Assembly (NCBI GenBank): GCA_902535885.1
Contig: CACAVG010000003.1
Coordinates: forward strand, 1 to 39,678
DNA: 39,678 nt
Origin: an uncultured Alphaproteobacteria bacterium
GTDB lineage: Bacteria > Pseudomonadota > Alphaproteobacteria > HIMB59 > GCA-002718135
Direction of reading: 5' to 3'
The notes beneath the pieces were generated by a model, which did not search any database, was not told the DNA's origin, and saw only the letters and a program-made list of their open reading frames with translations. Below, piece after piece: positions 1-12,282 of this stretch. The translations under genes and the position numbers were made by a program. The stretch's first letter is position 1. Each line of letters begins with the position of its first letter.

Positions 1-471
1 ATAGAAAAAACTTTTAACCTACTTCAGCAAGTTGGAGGAAGAGCTGGTAGAGGAAAAAAAATTGGTAAAGTTTTTCTTCAAACATATTTTCCAGATCAAG
101 AAATAATTAAGTCGATTCAACTTCGAGAAAGAGAAGCTTTTATTGAAAGAGCTTTAGAAGAAAGAAAGAATTTTAATATTCCTCCTTTTGGTTTTATGAC
201 TTCAATAATTCTTTCTAGTCATACAAAAGCTTTAGTTCTTAAACATGCTTCAAGACTGGCTCAACAAGATCAAAATAGTAAAAATATTAAAATTCTCGGT
301 CCAGTTGAAGCTCCAATTTTTCTGCTTAGAGGACAATATCGATACAGAATATTATTGAAGAGTAATAGTAGAAAAAATCTGAATAAATTCACAAAAAAAA
401 TTGTCGAAAAGACTAAATTACCTTCTTCTGTAAAGTTAATTATTGATGTCGATCCCTATTCATTTATGTAA
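1..471 (+). CDS. priA: Primosomal protein N' (PriA), 3' part; truncated by window start
   Basis: Frame 1 is open from base 1: IEKTFNLLQQVGGRAGRGKKIGKVFLQT (helicase motif VI Q-x-x-GRAGR), then ILGPVEAP...RGQYRYRILLK...IDVDP (PriA C-terminal domain). Lies upstream of atpH as usual in alphaproteobacteria. Confidence 0.93.
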   Translation: MEKTFNLLQQVGGRAGRGKKIGKVFLQTYFPDQEIIKSIQLREREAFIERALEERKNFNIPPFGFMTSIILSSHTKALVLKHASRLAQQDQNSKNIKILGPVEAPIFLLRGQYRYRILLKSNSRKNLNKFTKKIVEKTKLPSSVKLIIDVDPYSFM

Positions 472-589
472 TTTACCCACAATTTTAAAAATATCTTCAA
501 TTTAACTCATTTGACGCACAAACTGACAGTTTACCTACTTTTTCTGATGTGTTAATAGCCTATTTCTAAACTTCTTATGAACTTAATTT

Positions 590-1147
590 ATGGCATCTAA
601 TACATTGTCTGGAGATCTAATATCTGAAAGGTACGGAGCAGCTCTCTATGATCTTGCTTCTGAAAAAAAATGTATTGATGATATTCTAAATGACTTTGAA
701 TTAGTGCAAAAAGCATTGAAAGAAAGTTCAGAATTGAGACAAGTAATTAAAAGTCCATTAGTAAATTCAGATGAGAAGCTAAATATTTTGTTAAAATTAT
801 TTTCTAAAGCAAATTTACATAATCTTACGACAACTTTTTTAAAAGTTCTTGATAACAATAAAAGAATTTCAAATATCGGTTCTATTATTTTACAATTTAA
901 AAAAATAAATTCTGAAAAAAGAGGTGATATTACTGCTGACATAACATCAGCAAACATATTATCTGATGATGAAAAAAATAATATTACAAATCAACTTAAA
1001 AAATCTTTAGGTGATAAATTATCTTTAAATTTTGATGTTGATGAAGATATTATTGGTGGTTTAATTGTTAAGGTTGGCTCCAAAATGATTGATACATCTA
1101 TAGCTAATAAAATTAATAAACTTAAAATTGCAATGAAGGGGGCATAA
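590..1147 (+). CDS. atpH: F1 ATP synthase subunit delta
   Basis: [11 protein letters not shown] and [21 protein letters not shown] motifs; first gene of atpHAGDC. Confidence 0.97.
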   Translation: MASNTLSGDLISERYGAALYDLASEKKCIDDILNDFELVQKALKESSELRQVIKSPLVNSDEKLNILLKLFSKANLHNLTTTFLKVLDNNKRISNIGSIILQFKKINSEKRGDITADITSANILSDDEKNNITNQLKKSLGDKLSLNFDVDEDIIGGLIVKVGSKMIDTSIANKINKLKIAMKGA

Positions 1148-2682
1148 TGGAAATTAAAGCTGCAGAAATATCTTCTGTAATTAAAGACCAAATAGCTAAT
1201 TTTGAAACTAAAGCGGATGTTGCTGAGGTTGGAACAGTACTAAGTGTTGGAGACGGAATTGCACGTGTGTATGGTCTTGATCAAGTACAAGCTGGAGAGA
1301 TGGTAGAATTCCCAGGCGGCATTAAAGGTATGGCCCTCAACCTTGAAATGGATAACGTTGGTGTTTCAATCTTCGGTGATGATACTGGAATTAAAGAAGG
1401 TGATACAGTTAAACGTACAGGAGAAATTGTTGACGTTCCTGTTGGAAAAGAATTGTTAGGACGTGTTGTTGATGGTTTAGGAAATCCTATTGATGGTAAA
1501 GGTCCTATCCAATCTTCTGAAAAGAGAAGAATTGAATTAAAAGCCCCAGGTATTATTCCTCGTCAAAGTGTATCTGAACCTATGCAGACAGGTATTAAAG
1601 CACTTGATGCTCTTGTTCCAGTTGGAAGAGGACAACGTGAATTAATCATTGGTGACAGACAAACAGGTAAAACTGCTGTTGCTATTGATACAATCTTAAA
1701 TCAAAAATCTGTAAATCAATCAGATAATGAAAAAGAAAAGTTATATTGTATCTATGTCGCAATTGGTCAGAAAAGATCAACAGTTGCTCAAATTGTAAAA
1801 ACACTAGAAGATAATGGTGCAATGGAATATACAATTGTTGTATCTGCAACTGCATCAGAGCCTGCACCGTTGCAATTTTTATCTGCTTATACTGGCTGTA
1901 CAATGGGTGAGTATTTTAGAGATAACGGTATGCATGCATTAATTGTTTATGATGATTTATCAAAGCAAGCTGTTGCTTATAGACAGATGTCTCTATTATT
2001 AAGAAGACCTCCAGGTCGTGAAGCATATCCCGGAGATGTATTTTATATTCATAGTCGTCTTTTAGAAAGAGCCGCAAAAATGAGTGATGAACACGGTGGT
2101 GGAAGTTTGACCGCCCTTCCAATTATTGAAACTCAAGCAGGAGATTTATCTGCTTATATTCCAACAAATGTTATTTCCATTACTGATGGACAAATATTTT
2201 TAGAAACAAACTTATTTTTTGCTGGTATTCGTCCTGCGATTAACGTTGGTCTTTCCGTAAGTCGTGTTGGTTCTGCAGCTCAAACAAAAGCAATGAAAAA
2301 AATTGCTGGTCCTGTAAAACTTGAATTAGCTCAATATCGTGAGATGGCTGCTTTTGCACAGTTTGCATCAGACTTAGACGCTTCAACGAAACAATTACTT
2401 GATCGTGGCGCAAGACTAGTTGAAATTTTAAAACAAGGTCAGTATTCACCACTAACGGTTTCAGAGCAAGTTGTTTCTATTTATGCAGGTGTGCGCGGAT
2501 ATCTTGATAAAGTTGCAGTAGGCGATGTAGTCAAGTTTGAAGCAGAAGTTTTAAATGAGATTAGAACTAAGCATAGTGATTTATTAGATGCAATTGCCAA
2601 TGAAAAAGAATTATCTAAAGAAAATGATGATAAATTAAAATCAATCTTAGATGATTTGGTTGGAAAGTTTGCAAGTAACTAA
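1147..2682 (+). CDS. atpA: F1 ATP synthase subunit alpha
   Basis: GDRQTGKT Walker [16 protein letters not shown]; 511 aa. Confidence 0.99.
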   Translation: MEIKAAEISSVIKDQIANFETKADVAEVGTVLSVGDGIARVYGLDQVQAGEMVEFPGGIKGMALNLEMDNVGVSIFGDDTGIKEGDTVKRTGEIVDVPVGKELLGRVVDGLGNPIDGKGPIQSSEKRRIELKAPGIIPRQSVSEPMQTGIKALDALVPVGRGQRELIIGDRQTGKTAVAIDTILNQKSVNQSDNEKEKLYCIYVAIGQKRSTVAQIVKTLEDNGAMEYTIVVSATASEPAPLQFLSAYTGCTMGEYFRDNGMHALIVYDDLSKQAVAYRQMSLLLRRPPGREAYPGDVFYIHSRLLERAAKMSDEHGGGSLTALPIIETQAGDLSAYIPTNVISITDGQIFLETNLFFAGIRPAINVGLSVSRVGSAAQTKAMKKIAGPVKLELAQYREMAAFAQFASDLDASTKQLLDRGARLVEILKQGQYSPLTVSEQVVSIYAGVRGYLDKVAVGDVVKFEAEVLNEIRTKHSDLLDAIANEKELSKENDDKLKSILDDLVGKFASN

Positions 2683-2685
2683 TCT

Positions 2686-5010
<2,325 letters not shown>

Positions 5011-5011
<1 letters not shown>

Positions 5012-5409
5012 TGGCAACAATTTCTTTTGATTTAGTTTCTCCAGAAAACCTTGTTTTCAACGATGAAGTTGGTACTATAATTGTCCCTGGTAAAGATGGC
5101 GACTTAGGCATTTTACCAGGACATAGCAAGGTAATGTCCTCTCTTAGACCAGGAAGAGTAATGGTATATAATGAAGATAAAAGTTTAATTAAATCCTTTT
5201 TTGTTTCTGGTGGTTTTGCAGAAATCAATCCTGAAAAATGTATTGTTCTTGCTGAAAGTGTTGTTGAAGTGAATTCTTTAGAAAAAACATCAATTGAAAA
5301 AGAAATACAAGAATTAGAAAATAAGGAAGGCAAAGAAACAGAGGAACAACTTTCTGTGGCTAAAGCAAAATTAGAAGCAATAAATGTAAATTATTACGAT
5401 AAAATTTAA
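5011..5409 (+). CDS. atpC: F1 ATP synthase subunit epsilon
   Basis: DLVSPE...PGKDGDLGILPGH...VSGGFAEI; last gene of the operon. Confidence 0.97.
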
Positions 5410-5421
5410 TTTCTTTTTAAA

Positions 5422-5892
5422 TTATACATTAGCTAAATTACTTCTAAATTCTTTTTGAATTTTCATATAAACATTTTTTTTAAATGGTACTGCGTTTTGG
5501 CTAATTTCATCATAATCCATCCATTGCCATTCACTAAATTCGGGATTTTCTGTTCCTACATTTATATCGTTATCAATTCCTGTAAAACGAAATAAAAACC
5601 ACTTTTGAATTTGACCTATGTATTTATCACCCCATGGTAATGTCTTTAGTGTTTCTGTAGGTATGTCATAAGAGATCCATTCTTGAGATGAAGTAATCAA
5701 AGATGCATTATTTGTACCAATCTCTTCCATCATTTCTCTCCAAACTGCTTCTTCAGGGTTTTCATTTTCATCGATACCACCTTGAGGCATCTGCCAATAT
5801 CCACTTGGATGATCTAATCTTCGACCAACTAAAATTTGATTTCTTGCATTGAGAATCATCATTCCCACACATTTTCTATATTTTTTTTTCAT
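5422..5892 (-). CDS. rppH: RNA pyrophosphohydrolase (Nudix)
   Basis: YRKCVG, WQMPQGGIDENENPEEAVWREMMEEIG Nudix box, GQIQKWFLFRF, PEFSEWQW. Confidence 0.95.
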   Translation of the reverse strand: MKKKYRKCVGMMILNARNQILVGRRLDHPSGYWQMPQGGIDENENPEEAVWREMMEEIGTNNASLITSSQEWISYDIPTETLKTLPWGDKYIGQIQKWFLFRFTGIDNDINVGTENPEFSEWQWMDYDEISQNAVPFKKNVYMKIQKEFRSNLANV

Positions 5893-5894
5893 TA

Positions 5895-7190
5895 TTATTC
5901 TTGAGTTTCATTAAAGAGACTTACACCTTGCACAAGATCAAAAGCTCTCCGAAGTTGATAATCAATCTCTAAACGTTTTTCAAATTCACTTAATTCATTA
6001 TCTTCATTTTCTTCTACATCTTCTTCATTATTTTTATCAAGAGAGTCTTTTAGATCTGATTCAGAAAATCTTTTATAATCAAAAGATTCAAATTCTCCTT
6101 GTTCAATGATTATATCTGGTACGATTCCCTTACCTTGGATTGATTCACCTGAAGGAGTATAATATCTGGCGGTAGTTAATCTTATACCAGTTAGATTATC
6201 ACTATTTGAAACTTGAAAAGGAATTATTGTTTGAACTGAACCCTTACCAAAAGATTGTGTACCTATAATGATTGCTCTTTTATGATCTTGAAGTGCGCCC
6301 GCAACAATTTCAGAAGCCGATGCAGAACCACCATCAATAATTACAACAAGTGGTTTTCCATTAGTTCTATCAGATTTTTTTGCACGATATCTTCTTATGT
6401 CTTTTTTATCTCTGCCTCTTGTTGAAACAATTTCTCCTCTTTCCAAGAATATATCCGTTACCTTAACTGCTTGTGTAAGAAGACCGCCTGGGTTTGAACG
6501 TACATCTAAAACGTAACCCTTTATTTTATTTTCTTGTTCAATCTTTTTTATAGCATTTAGAAGACCACTTTCTGTTTGTTCATTAAAAGATGTTATTCTT
6601 AAGTATCCAATATTGTTAAGCACTTCACTTTTAACTGATCTAATTTTGATATAATCTCTGATAATTTCAATCTCAAAAGGTTCAGTATTTGCTCTTGAAA
6701 TAGTAATTACTATTGGTTCACCTTTTTTGCCTCTCATTAATTCAACTGCCTCATTTAGAGTTAGACCAAAAACAGGTGTTTCGTCTATTTGAATAATATA
6801 ATCACCTGCAAGAACTCCAGCATCATATGCCGGCGTATCTTCTATCGGAGCAATGACTTTCACAAAACCTTCTTCCATAGTAATTTCAATACCTAATCCA
6901 CCAAATTTACCTTCTGTATCCATTTGCATTTCTTGAAACACTTCTTCATTCATAAAACCAGAATGAGGATCTAAACCTGACAACATTCCATCAATCGCTT
7001 TTTCAATTAATTCTTGATCCGTAACCTCTTCCACATAGGAAGATCTTACCCTGTCAAACACTTGTCCAAATAGATCTAAATATTTATATTTTTCTTCATC
7101 TGAAGAAGATCCATATGTTTTAGGTGCAAGAAGTGCAATGAGGGTGAACAGTAGTATTACTTTTAAAAAAACATTTTTTGAAATTATCAT
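5895..7190 (-). CDS. ctpA: Carboxyl-terminal processing protease, S41 family
   Basis: Signal peptide, LDPHS, PDZ GGLGIEI, DVRSNPGGLL, SASASEIVAGALQD, SFGKGSVQ. Confidence 0.95.
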   Translation of the reverse strand: MIISKNVFLKVILLFTLIALLAPKTYGSSSDEEKYKYLDLFGQVFDRVRSSYVEEVTDQELIEKAIDGMLSGLDPHSGFMNEEVFQEMQMDTEGKFGGLGIEITMEEGFVKVIAPIEDTPAYDAGVLAGDYIIQIDETPVFGLTLNEAVELMRGKKGEPIVITISRANTEPFEIEIIRDYIKIRSVKSEVLNNIGYLRITSFNEQTESGLLNAIKKIEQENKIKGYVLDVRSNPGGLLTQAVKVTDIFLERGEIVSTRGRDKKDIRRYRAKKSDRTNGKPLVVIIDGGSASASEIVAGALQDHKRAIIIGTQSFGKGSVQTIIPFQVSNSDNLTGIRLTTARYYTPSGESIQGKGIVPDIIIEQGEFESFDYKRFSESDLKDSLDKNNEEDVEENEDNELSEFEKRLEIDYQLRRAFDLVQGVSLFNETQE

Positions 7191-7195
7191 ATATT

Positions 7196-7531
7196 TTAAG
7201 CTAGTTTAGTTTGTGAAGAATCAAAGCTTACTTCCCATAATTTTTCTAATGCATATAATTCTCTAATTTCTTGTCGAAACAAATGAACAATAATCTCACC
7301 TGCATCAACAATTATCCAGTCACATTGAGGTCTTCCTTCAGGATTTGGACACTTTATCCCTGCTTTTTTTAATTTTTTTATCATTTCGTCTGCAGTAGCA
7401 TCTGAATGTCTAGTTGACCTACAGGTAGCAATCACGAAGGCATCAGCAACGGATGATTTATTAGATAAATTAATAACTTTTATATCTTCAGCTTTTGCAT
7501 CACTTAGTATTGATACAATGTTTTCCGTCAA
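7196..7531 (-). CDS. rsfS: Ribosome silencing factor (Iojap)
   Basis: DAKAEDI, DWIIVDAGEIIVHLFRQEIRELYALEKLW; follows nadD. Confidence 0.95.
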   Translation of the reverse strand: MTENIVSILSDAKAEDIKVINLSNKSSVADAFVIATCRSTRHSDATADEMIKKLKKAGIKCPNPEGRPQCDWIIVDAGEIIVHLFRQEIRELYALEKLWEVSFDSSQTKLA

Positions 7532-7544
7532 TGAAGTAATTTTA

Positions 7545-8123
7545 TTAATATTTGCCTCTTAATTTATTCCTTTGATTTCTAATTTCAGATGATGAAATTT
7601 TAATTTCTTTATTTTGTATCAAAGTCCATGCAGGAATTTTTTTTGAAACATGTTCTATGTCTTGAGCTATATATTTATTATGAATAAATTTTTTTGCTGC
7701 AACACTCTTCAAAGCATTCGTATTATATCCATGTCTTCTAAAAATAACAATAGAGATAATATGAAAAATTGATTGCCATTTTTCCCATTTGTGGAAATTA
7801 ACTAAATTGTCTGCACCCATTAACCAAAAAAATTTAATATTTTTATAATATTGAATTAGAAATTTAATTGTTTGATGAGAGTATTGAGATTTAATTTTTT
7901 TTTCTACTTCTAATATTTTTATAGGAAAATTTTTTGTAATTTGTTTACAATTTTGTAATCTCTCTTCGTATGTTGCGGGCTTTGAAATCTTCAAGGGGTT
8001 TTGAGGTGTAACTAGCCACCAAATTTCATCTAGCTGTAATACTTTTTTAGCTTCATTTGAAATAAATAGATGCCCTCGATGTGGCGGATCAAAAGACCCT
8101 CCCAGAAGTCCAATCTTTTTCAA
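7545..8123 (-). CDS. nadD: Nicotinate-nucleotide adenylyltransferase
   Basis: GGSFDPPHRGH, LMGADNL, ISSSEIR. Confidence 0.96.
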   Translation of the reverse strand: MKKIGLLGGSFDPPHRGHLFISNEAKKVLQLDEIWWLVTPQNPLKISKPATYEERLQNCKQITKNFPIKILEVEKKIKSQYSHQTIKFLIQYYKNIKFFWLMGADNLVNFHKWEKWQSIFHIISIVIFRRHGYNTNALKSVAAKKFIHNKYIAQDIEHVSKKIPAWTLIQNKEIKISSSEIRNQRNKLRGKY

Positions 8124-9377
8124 TTAAGGTCTTTCCTGGCCATTACCATTAACTACATATTTAAATGTAGTTAAATGTTTTGTTCCCACTGGCCCTCTTA
8201 CATGTATTTTGTCTGTTGAGATACCTATCTCAGCACCAAAACCAAATTCACCGCCATCTGCAAATTGTGTGGATGCATTTTTAAGTATTATTGCACTGTC
8301 AATTTTATTATAAAATTTTTCAAAGGTTTTTTCACTTTCTGTAATTATACTTTCTGTATGTCCAGAAGAATAATCATTTATATGCTTAACCGCTTCATCA
8401 ACTCCTGAAACAATTTTTACTGATAAAATTTTATCTAAATATTCTAATGACCAATCTTCTTCATTTGCCGTTTTAAAATCACTATCTAAAGACTGAATAT
8501 ACTCATCGCCTCTAATTTCACAATTTACTTCTTTTAGAGGTTTTAATATTTTCATTGCTTCGTCTTTAATTTTTTCATCAATTAAAAGTGTTTCTGCAGC
8601 ACCACAAATTTCAGGACGTCTCATTTTGCTATTAAAAACTACTTTTTCTGCAATGCTTAAATTAGCATCTTTATCTACATACACATGACATATACCATCT
8701 AAATGTTTGATAACAGGTATTTTGCTTGCTGAATTAATTTTTTCTATCAAACCTTTGCCGCCTCTAGGAATAATTACGTCAACATAATCTCTCATGCTTA
8801 GCAAATGATCAACCGCTTCTCTTTCAGGTGTATTAATCATTTGGACACAATGTTCAGGGAGGCCAGCTTCTGTGAAAGCATTTGTAATATTATTTACTAA
8901 TTCCTTAGAGGAATGAAAACTATCACTACCACCTCTTAAAATTATACAATTGCCAGATTTTATAGAAAGACAAGACGCATCAACAGTGACGTTCGGTCTG
9001 GATTCATAAATCACGCCTAATACACCAAGTGGTGTTGAAATTTTACGAAACTGCAAACCATTAGGTCTTTCCCATTTTTCTAATGTAATGCCTATTGGAT
9101 CTGGTATTTCGATTATATCTTCAATTGATGTAATCAATCCATCAATAGATTTTTCAGTTAATGTAAGTCTATTTATTAAGGGCTTAGCTAAAGATTTTTT
9201 TTCACCATTTTCTAAATCTATTTTATTAGCTTCAAGAATTTTATTTCTATTTTTATCTAAATTTTTAGTGAGTTTTGTTAAAGCAAGATTTTTTTGATCA
9301 CTGCTACAGACTTTCATATTTAAAGAGGCAGATTTTGCTCTTTTGCCTAATTCAATAATATTATTTTCAATACTCAT
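8124..9377 (-). CDS. proA: Gamma-glutamyl phosphate reductase
   Basis: IYESRPNVT, IIPRGG, HLDGICHVY, CGAAETLL, NASTQFADGGEFGFGAEIGIST. Confidence 0.98.
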   Translation of the reverse strand: MSIENNIIELGKRAKSASLNMKVCSSDQKNLALTKLTKNLDKNRNKILEANKIDLENGEKKSLAKPLINRLTLTEKSIDGLITSIEDIIEIPDPIGITLEKWERPNGLQFRKISTPLGVLGVIYESRPNVTVDASCLSIKSGNCIILRGGSDSFHSSKELVNNITNAFTEAGLPEHCVQMINTPEREAVDHLLSMRDYVDVIIPRGGKGLIEKINSASKIPVIKHLDGICHVYVDKDANLSIAEKVVFNSKMRRPEICGAAETLLIDEKIKDEAMKILKPLKEVNCEIRGDEYIQSLDSDFKTANEEDWSLEYLDKILSVKIVSGVDEAVKHINDYSSGHTESIITESEKTFEKFYNKIDSAIILKNASTQFADGGEFGFGAEIGISTDKIHVRGPVGTKHLTTFKYVVNGNGQERP

Positions 9378-9967
9378 GTAGAAAGCTTAACTAAATTATC
9401 TTTATGTACCACTTCATCTCTTCCTTCGAAACCTAAAACTTTATAAATTTCTTTACTTTTCTTTCCAATAATTTTTTTTGCATCATTAAAATCATAAGCA
9501 GATATGCCTATTGCTACCTTTTGACCATTCTCAACTAAGATAGATATTACATCGCCTCTTTTAAACCTTCCCTTGATATCTATTACACCTGCAGGAAGAA
9601 GACTTTTATTTTTTAAAATTGCATTTTTAGCTCCTGCATCAATAATAATGGATCCTGATGGTTTTAAATGATTTAATAACCATTTCTTTTTGGACGAGTT
9701 TGTAGAAGTTAAGGGATAAAAAATTGTTGAATTTTTTTTATTAATATCACTGATTGGTTTGTTTTTATCACTATTAGTGATTATCGTAGCACAACCGTTT
9801 TCAGCACTTATCTTTGCCGCTAAAATTTTTGTGGCCATTCCTCCACTACCTAGTTCAGAAGATTGATAATTTCCAAGTTCTTCAATTTTTTTATCAATTT
9901 TAAATACCTCTGAAATTTTTTTGACATCCTTATCTTTTTTTGGATTACCTTGATATAACCCATCAAT
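9374..9967 (-). pseudogene. proB: 3' fragment of glutamate 5-kinase (C-terminal part of kinase domain plus PUA domain)
   Basis: IDGLY-x-x-NP, GSGGMATK and PUA motifs are present; the N-terminal VVKxGSS region is absent; 4-nt overlap with the proA start. Confidence 0.85.
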
Positions 9968-10444
9968 ATACCAAATTCCATCTATTACAGATGCAGTAAT
10001 GACAAGAATTGAGTGCGAAAAAAAGGAATCATCAATTTTTACAAATTGTGAAAATACTGCTGAAAACCATATGAGAATTTTAGGATTTAAAATTGCTATA
10101 GAAAAACCTTGTAAGAATGAATTAAAATTTTTTTGATTATTTATATGTTCAATTTCTTGATTTTTTTTTAAAAGAAATTGGAAGCCAATAAATAATAAAA
10201 ATAGAATTCCAATAATTTGTATAAATTGAAATAGTATTTCATTCGTTGTTAAAATAATTATAAGACCTGTAACTGCAAAAACTGCGTACACACCCATACC
10301 AATCCCGTGACCAACAGAAGTCAGAATGCCAGCAAACCTATTAACAGTAACACTGTTTCTGATAATTAATGCTAAACTAGGTCCAGGAGACATTGCTCCA
10401 GCAATACATACGAAGGCAAATTGAAGCCAAAAGATAAAAGTCAT
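9374..10444 (-). CDS. In-frame chimeric ORF: LysE/RhtB-family exporter N-terminal ~159 aa joined to the C-terminal ~197 aa of glutamate 5-kinase
   Basis: One 356-aa ORF. It starts with LysE motifs (AMSPGPS, QGFSIAILNPK) and switches at ...VIDGIWY|IDGLYQGNP... to ProB motifs (GSGGMATKILAAK, PUA domain SLLPAGV...GRFKRGDV...VVHKDNLV). Confidence 0.85.
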   Translation of the reverse strand: MTFIFWLQFAFVCIAGAMSPGPSLALIIRNSVTVNRFAGILTSVGHGIGMGVYAVFAVTGLIIILTTNEILFQFIQIIGILFLLFIGFQFLLKKNQEIEHINNQKNFNSFLQGFSIAILNPKILIWFSAVFSQFVKIDDSFFSHSILVITASVIDGIWYIDGLYQGNPKKDKDVKKISEVFKIDKKIEELGNYQSSELGSGGMATKILAAKISAENGCATIITNSDKNKPISDINKKNSTIFYPLTSTNSSKKKWLLNHLKPSGSIIIDAGAKNAILKNKSLLPAGVIDIKGRFKRGDVISILVENGQKVAIGISAYDFNDAKKIIGKKSKEIYKVLGFEGRDEVVHKDNLVKLST

Positions 10445-11179
10445 TTAATTTTTTGTTAAAGATAAATATTTTTTAATTGTTTTCTCTAAACCAAACTCAA
10501 ATGTATCACAAATCAAAGCATGACCTATAGAAACTTCTTCAATATCACTAATATTTTCCAAGAAAAATTTTAAATTTTCTAAATTTAAATCATGGCCTGC
10601 ATTTAATTTTATTCCAGGAAATTCTTTTTTTAAATATGTTGATACGTCTACATAGGGCTTTATAGATTCATTTTTATTCTTTGGAAAATTATGAGCATAA
10701 TCATATGTATAGAGCTCAACTCTATCCGTTTGTATGACTTCTAAATTTTCGAGTGTTTCAGTCGATGGATTTATAAAGATTGAAACACGAATTTTATTTT
10801 TTTTAAATTCACTAACAATATCTCGAAGAAATTCTTTATTTTTATTACAATCCCAACCAAATGAAGAGGTCAATGCACCAGGTGGATCTGGCACTAATGT
10901 GACTTGATCTGGTTTAACCTCAATTACTTTTTTAACAAAAAAATCTGATGGATATCCTTCTATATTAAATTCTTTATTTTCAAATTTTTCCAATAAATTT
11001 TTTAATGGTTCTAGGTCAGAAAATTTTGCATGTCTTTCATCCGGACGAGGGTGGACCGTAATACCATCCGCACCATAGTTTAAGCATTTATTACTAATAT
11101 CAATCAAGTTTGGTAAATCAGCACCTCTTGCATTTCTTACTAAAGCAAACTTGTTTACATTAACACTTAAGGCTGTCAT
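10445..11179 (-). CDS. pdxJ: Pyridoxine 5'-phosphate synthase
   Basis: LSVNVNKFALVRNARG, GITVHPRPDERH, FNIEG, QVTLVPD, NAGHDLN, EVSIGHALI. Confidence 0.96.
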   Translation of the reverse strand: MTALSVNVNKFALVRNARGADLPNLIDISNKCLNYGADGITVHPRPDERHAKFSDLEPLKNLLEKFENKEFNIEGYPSDFFVKKVIEVKPDQVTLVPDPPGALTSSFGWDCNKNKEFLRDIVSEFKKNKIRVSIFINPSTETLENLEVIQTDRVELYTYDYAHNFPKNKNESIKPYVDVSTYLKKEFPGIKLNAGHDLNLENLKFFLENISDIEEVSIGHALICDTFEFGLEKTIKKYLSLTKN

Positions 11180-11188
11180 GTTTTAAAA

Positions 11189-11845
11189 TTATATAACCTT
11201 CCCATATGTTTTAATCATCCAATCATTTACTTTTGGATGTTTATAAATTTCATTTCTCATCTTTTTTAAATTTTCATATGGTTCTAATATATTTGTTGGA
11301 ACACCATCAATAATCCCTGACTCAAACCAACCTAGTAATCTCCATATAGCCAAATCTGCTATAGAGATGTTTTCACCCACAAAAAATAAAGAGTTATCAT
11401 TTTCTTTAATTAAGTTTTCTAGAAAATTAAAATATTTTGGTAGATGTTTGGTGGCCAAGATTTTTCTAGCTAGTTTTAATTTTTCCTTTTCTTTGTCTCT
11501 ACTTGATAATGTAAATAAATAATTAATGTCTTGAGCAACTTCAATTACTTGATCTATGCGAGCTGCTGCAAGATCATCATCTTTTGGATACAATCCTGAT
11601 AATTTGCCACAAAATCTTGCAATTGCACCTGTTTGAGCAAAAATTTTACCATCTACATCTAGAACTGGAAGTTGTCTAAAGGGAGCTATTTTTTTATTAG
11701 GAAGAATCCCTGAATTTTTAAAAATATCTCTATCTTTTCCTTCTATTATATAATTATTAAAAGGAATATCACCAATATACAAAGCCAATCTTGTCATTTC
11801 AGCACGCCAAAAAGCTATTTTAAAATAATATAATGTGATTTCCAT
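11189..11845 (-). CDS. Glutathione S-transferase (Tyr-type, sigma-class-like)
   Basis: LYYF...RAEMTRLAL, PFRQLPVLDVDG, AQTGAIARF, FFVGENISIADL. Confidence 0.88.
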   Translation of the reverse strand: MEITLYYFKIAFWRAEMTRLALYIGDIPFNNYIIEGKDRDIFKNSGILPNKKIAPFRQLPVLDVDGKIFAQTGAIARFCGKLSGLYPKDDDLAAARIDQVIEVAQDINYLFTLSSRDKEKEKLKLARKILATKHLPKYFNFLENLIKENDNSLFFVGENISIADLAIWRLLGWFESGIIDGVPTNILEPYENLKKMRNEIYKHPKVNDWMIKTYGKVI

Positions 11846-11880
11846 GTTGATTATTTAATTTTATTACATGATACACAGTT

Positions 11881-12282
11881 ATGTTCAAAAAAAATATAGA
11901 TATTTTGATCATTATTCTAAATATTATTTTCTTTTCATACTACGCTATTCAACTTTTAATATTTACTGATGAATTTGCTATCAACAATTTAGGTTTTTTT
12001 AATCACGCAGTAGCAGGTTTATCAGAAATCGTAGGAATAATATTTGTTACTTTTGTTGTAGCTTACATAATAATTATGTTCAGAGGGATAGAAAAACAAC
12101 TACCATTTATTATTTTAATATTTGTTTTCCAAGTTTTAGTATCATTAAATTTCTGGAGATATGTTTTTACGAATAGTCCTGGTGAAACAAGTCTAAACAT
12201 TATTGCAACTAATGCAATTTTCTTTTCTATATTGAGTATTTTAAATTTATTATTTATTTTTCGAAATTTCAAAAAAATTTAA
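11881..12282 (+). CDS. Small membrane protein, ~4 TM, unknown function
   Basis: 133-aa ORF with four hydrophobic stretches; fills the gap between the GST and DUF4174-like genes. Confidence 0.7.
   Translation: MFKKNIDILIIILNIIFFSYYAIQLLIFTDEFAINNLGFFNHAVAGLSEIVGIIFVTFVVAYIIIMFRGIEKQLPFIILIFVFQVLVSLNFWRYVFTNSPGETSLNIIATNAIFFSILSILNLLFIFRNFKKI

Noticed and set aside
196-471. 91-aa ORF as a standalone gene
   Set aside because: It is the tail of priA, whose frame is open from base 1.
505-560. TTGACG at 511-516 as the atp promoter -35
   Set aside because: No convincing -10 at 16-18 nt spacing, so the promoter cannot be placed.
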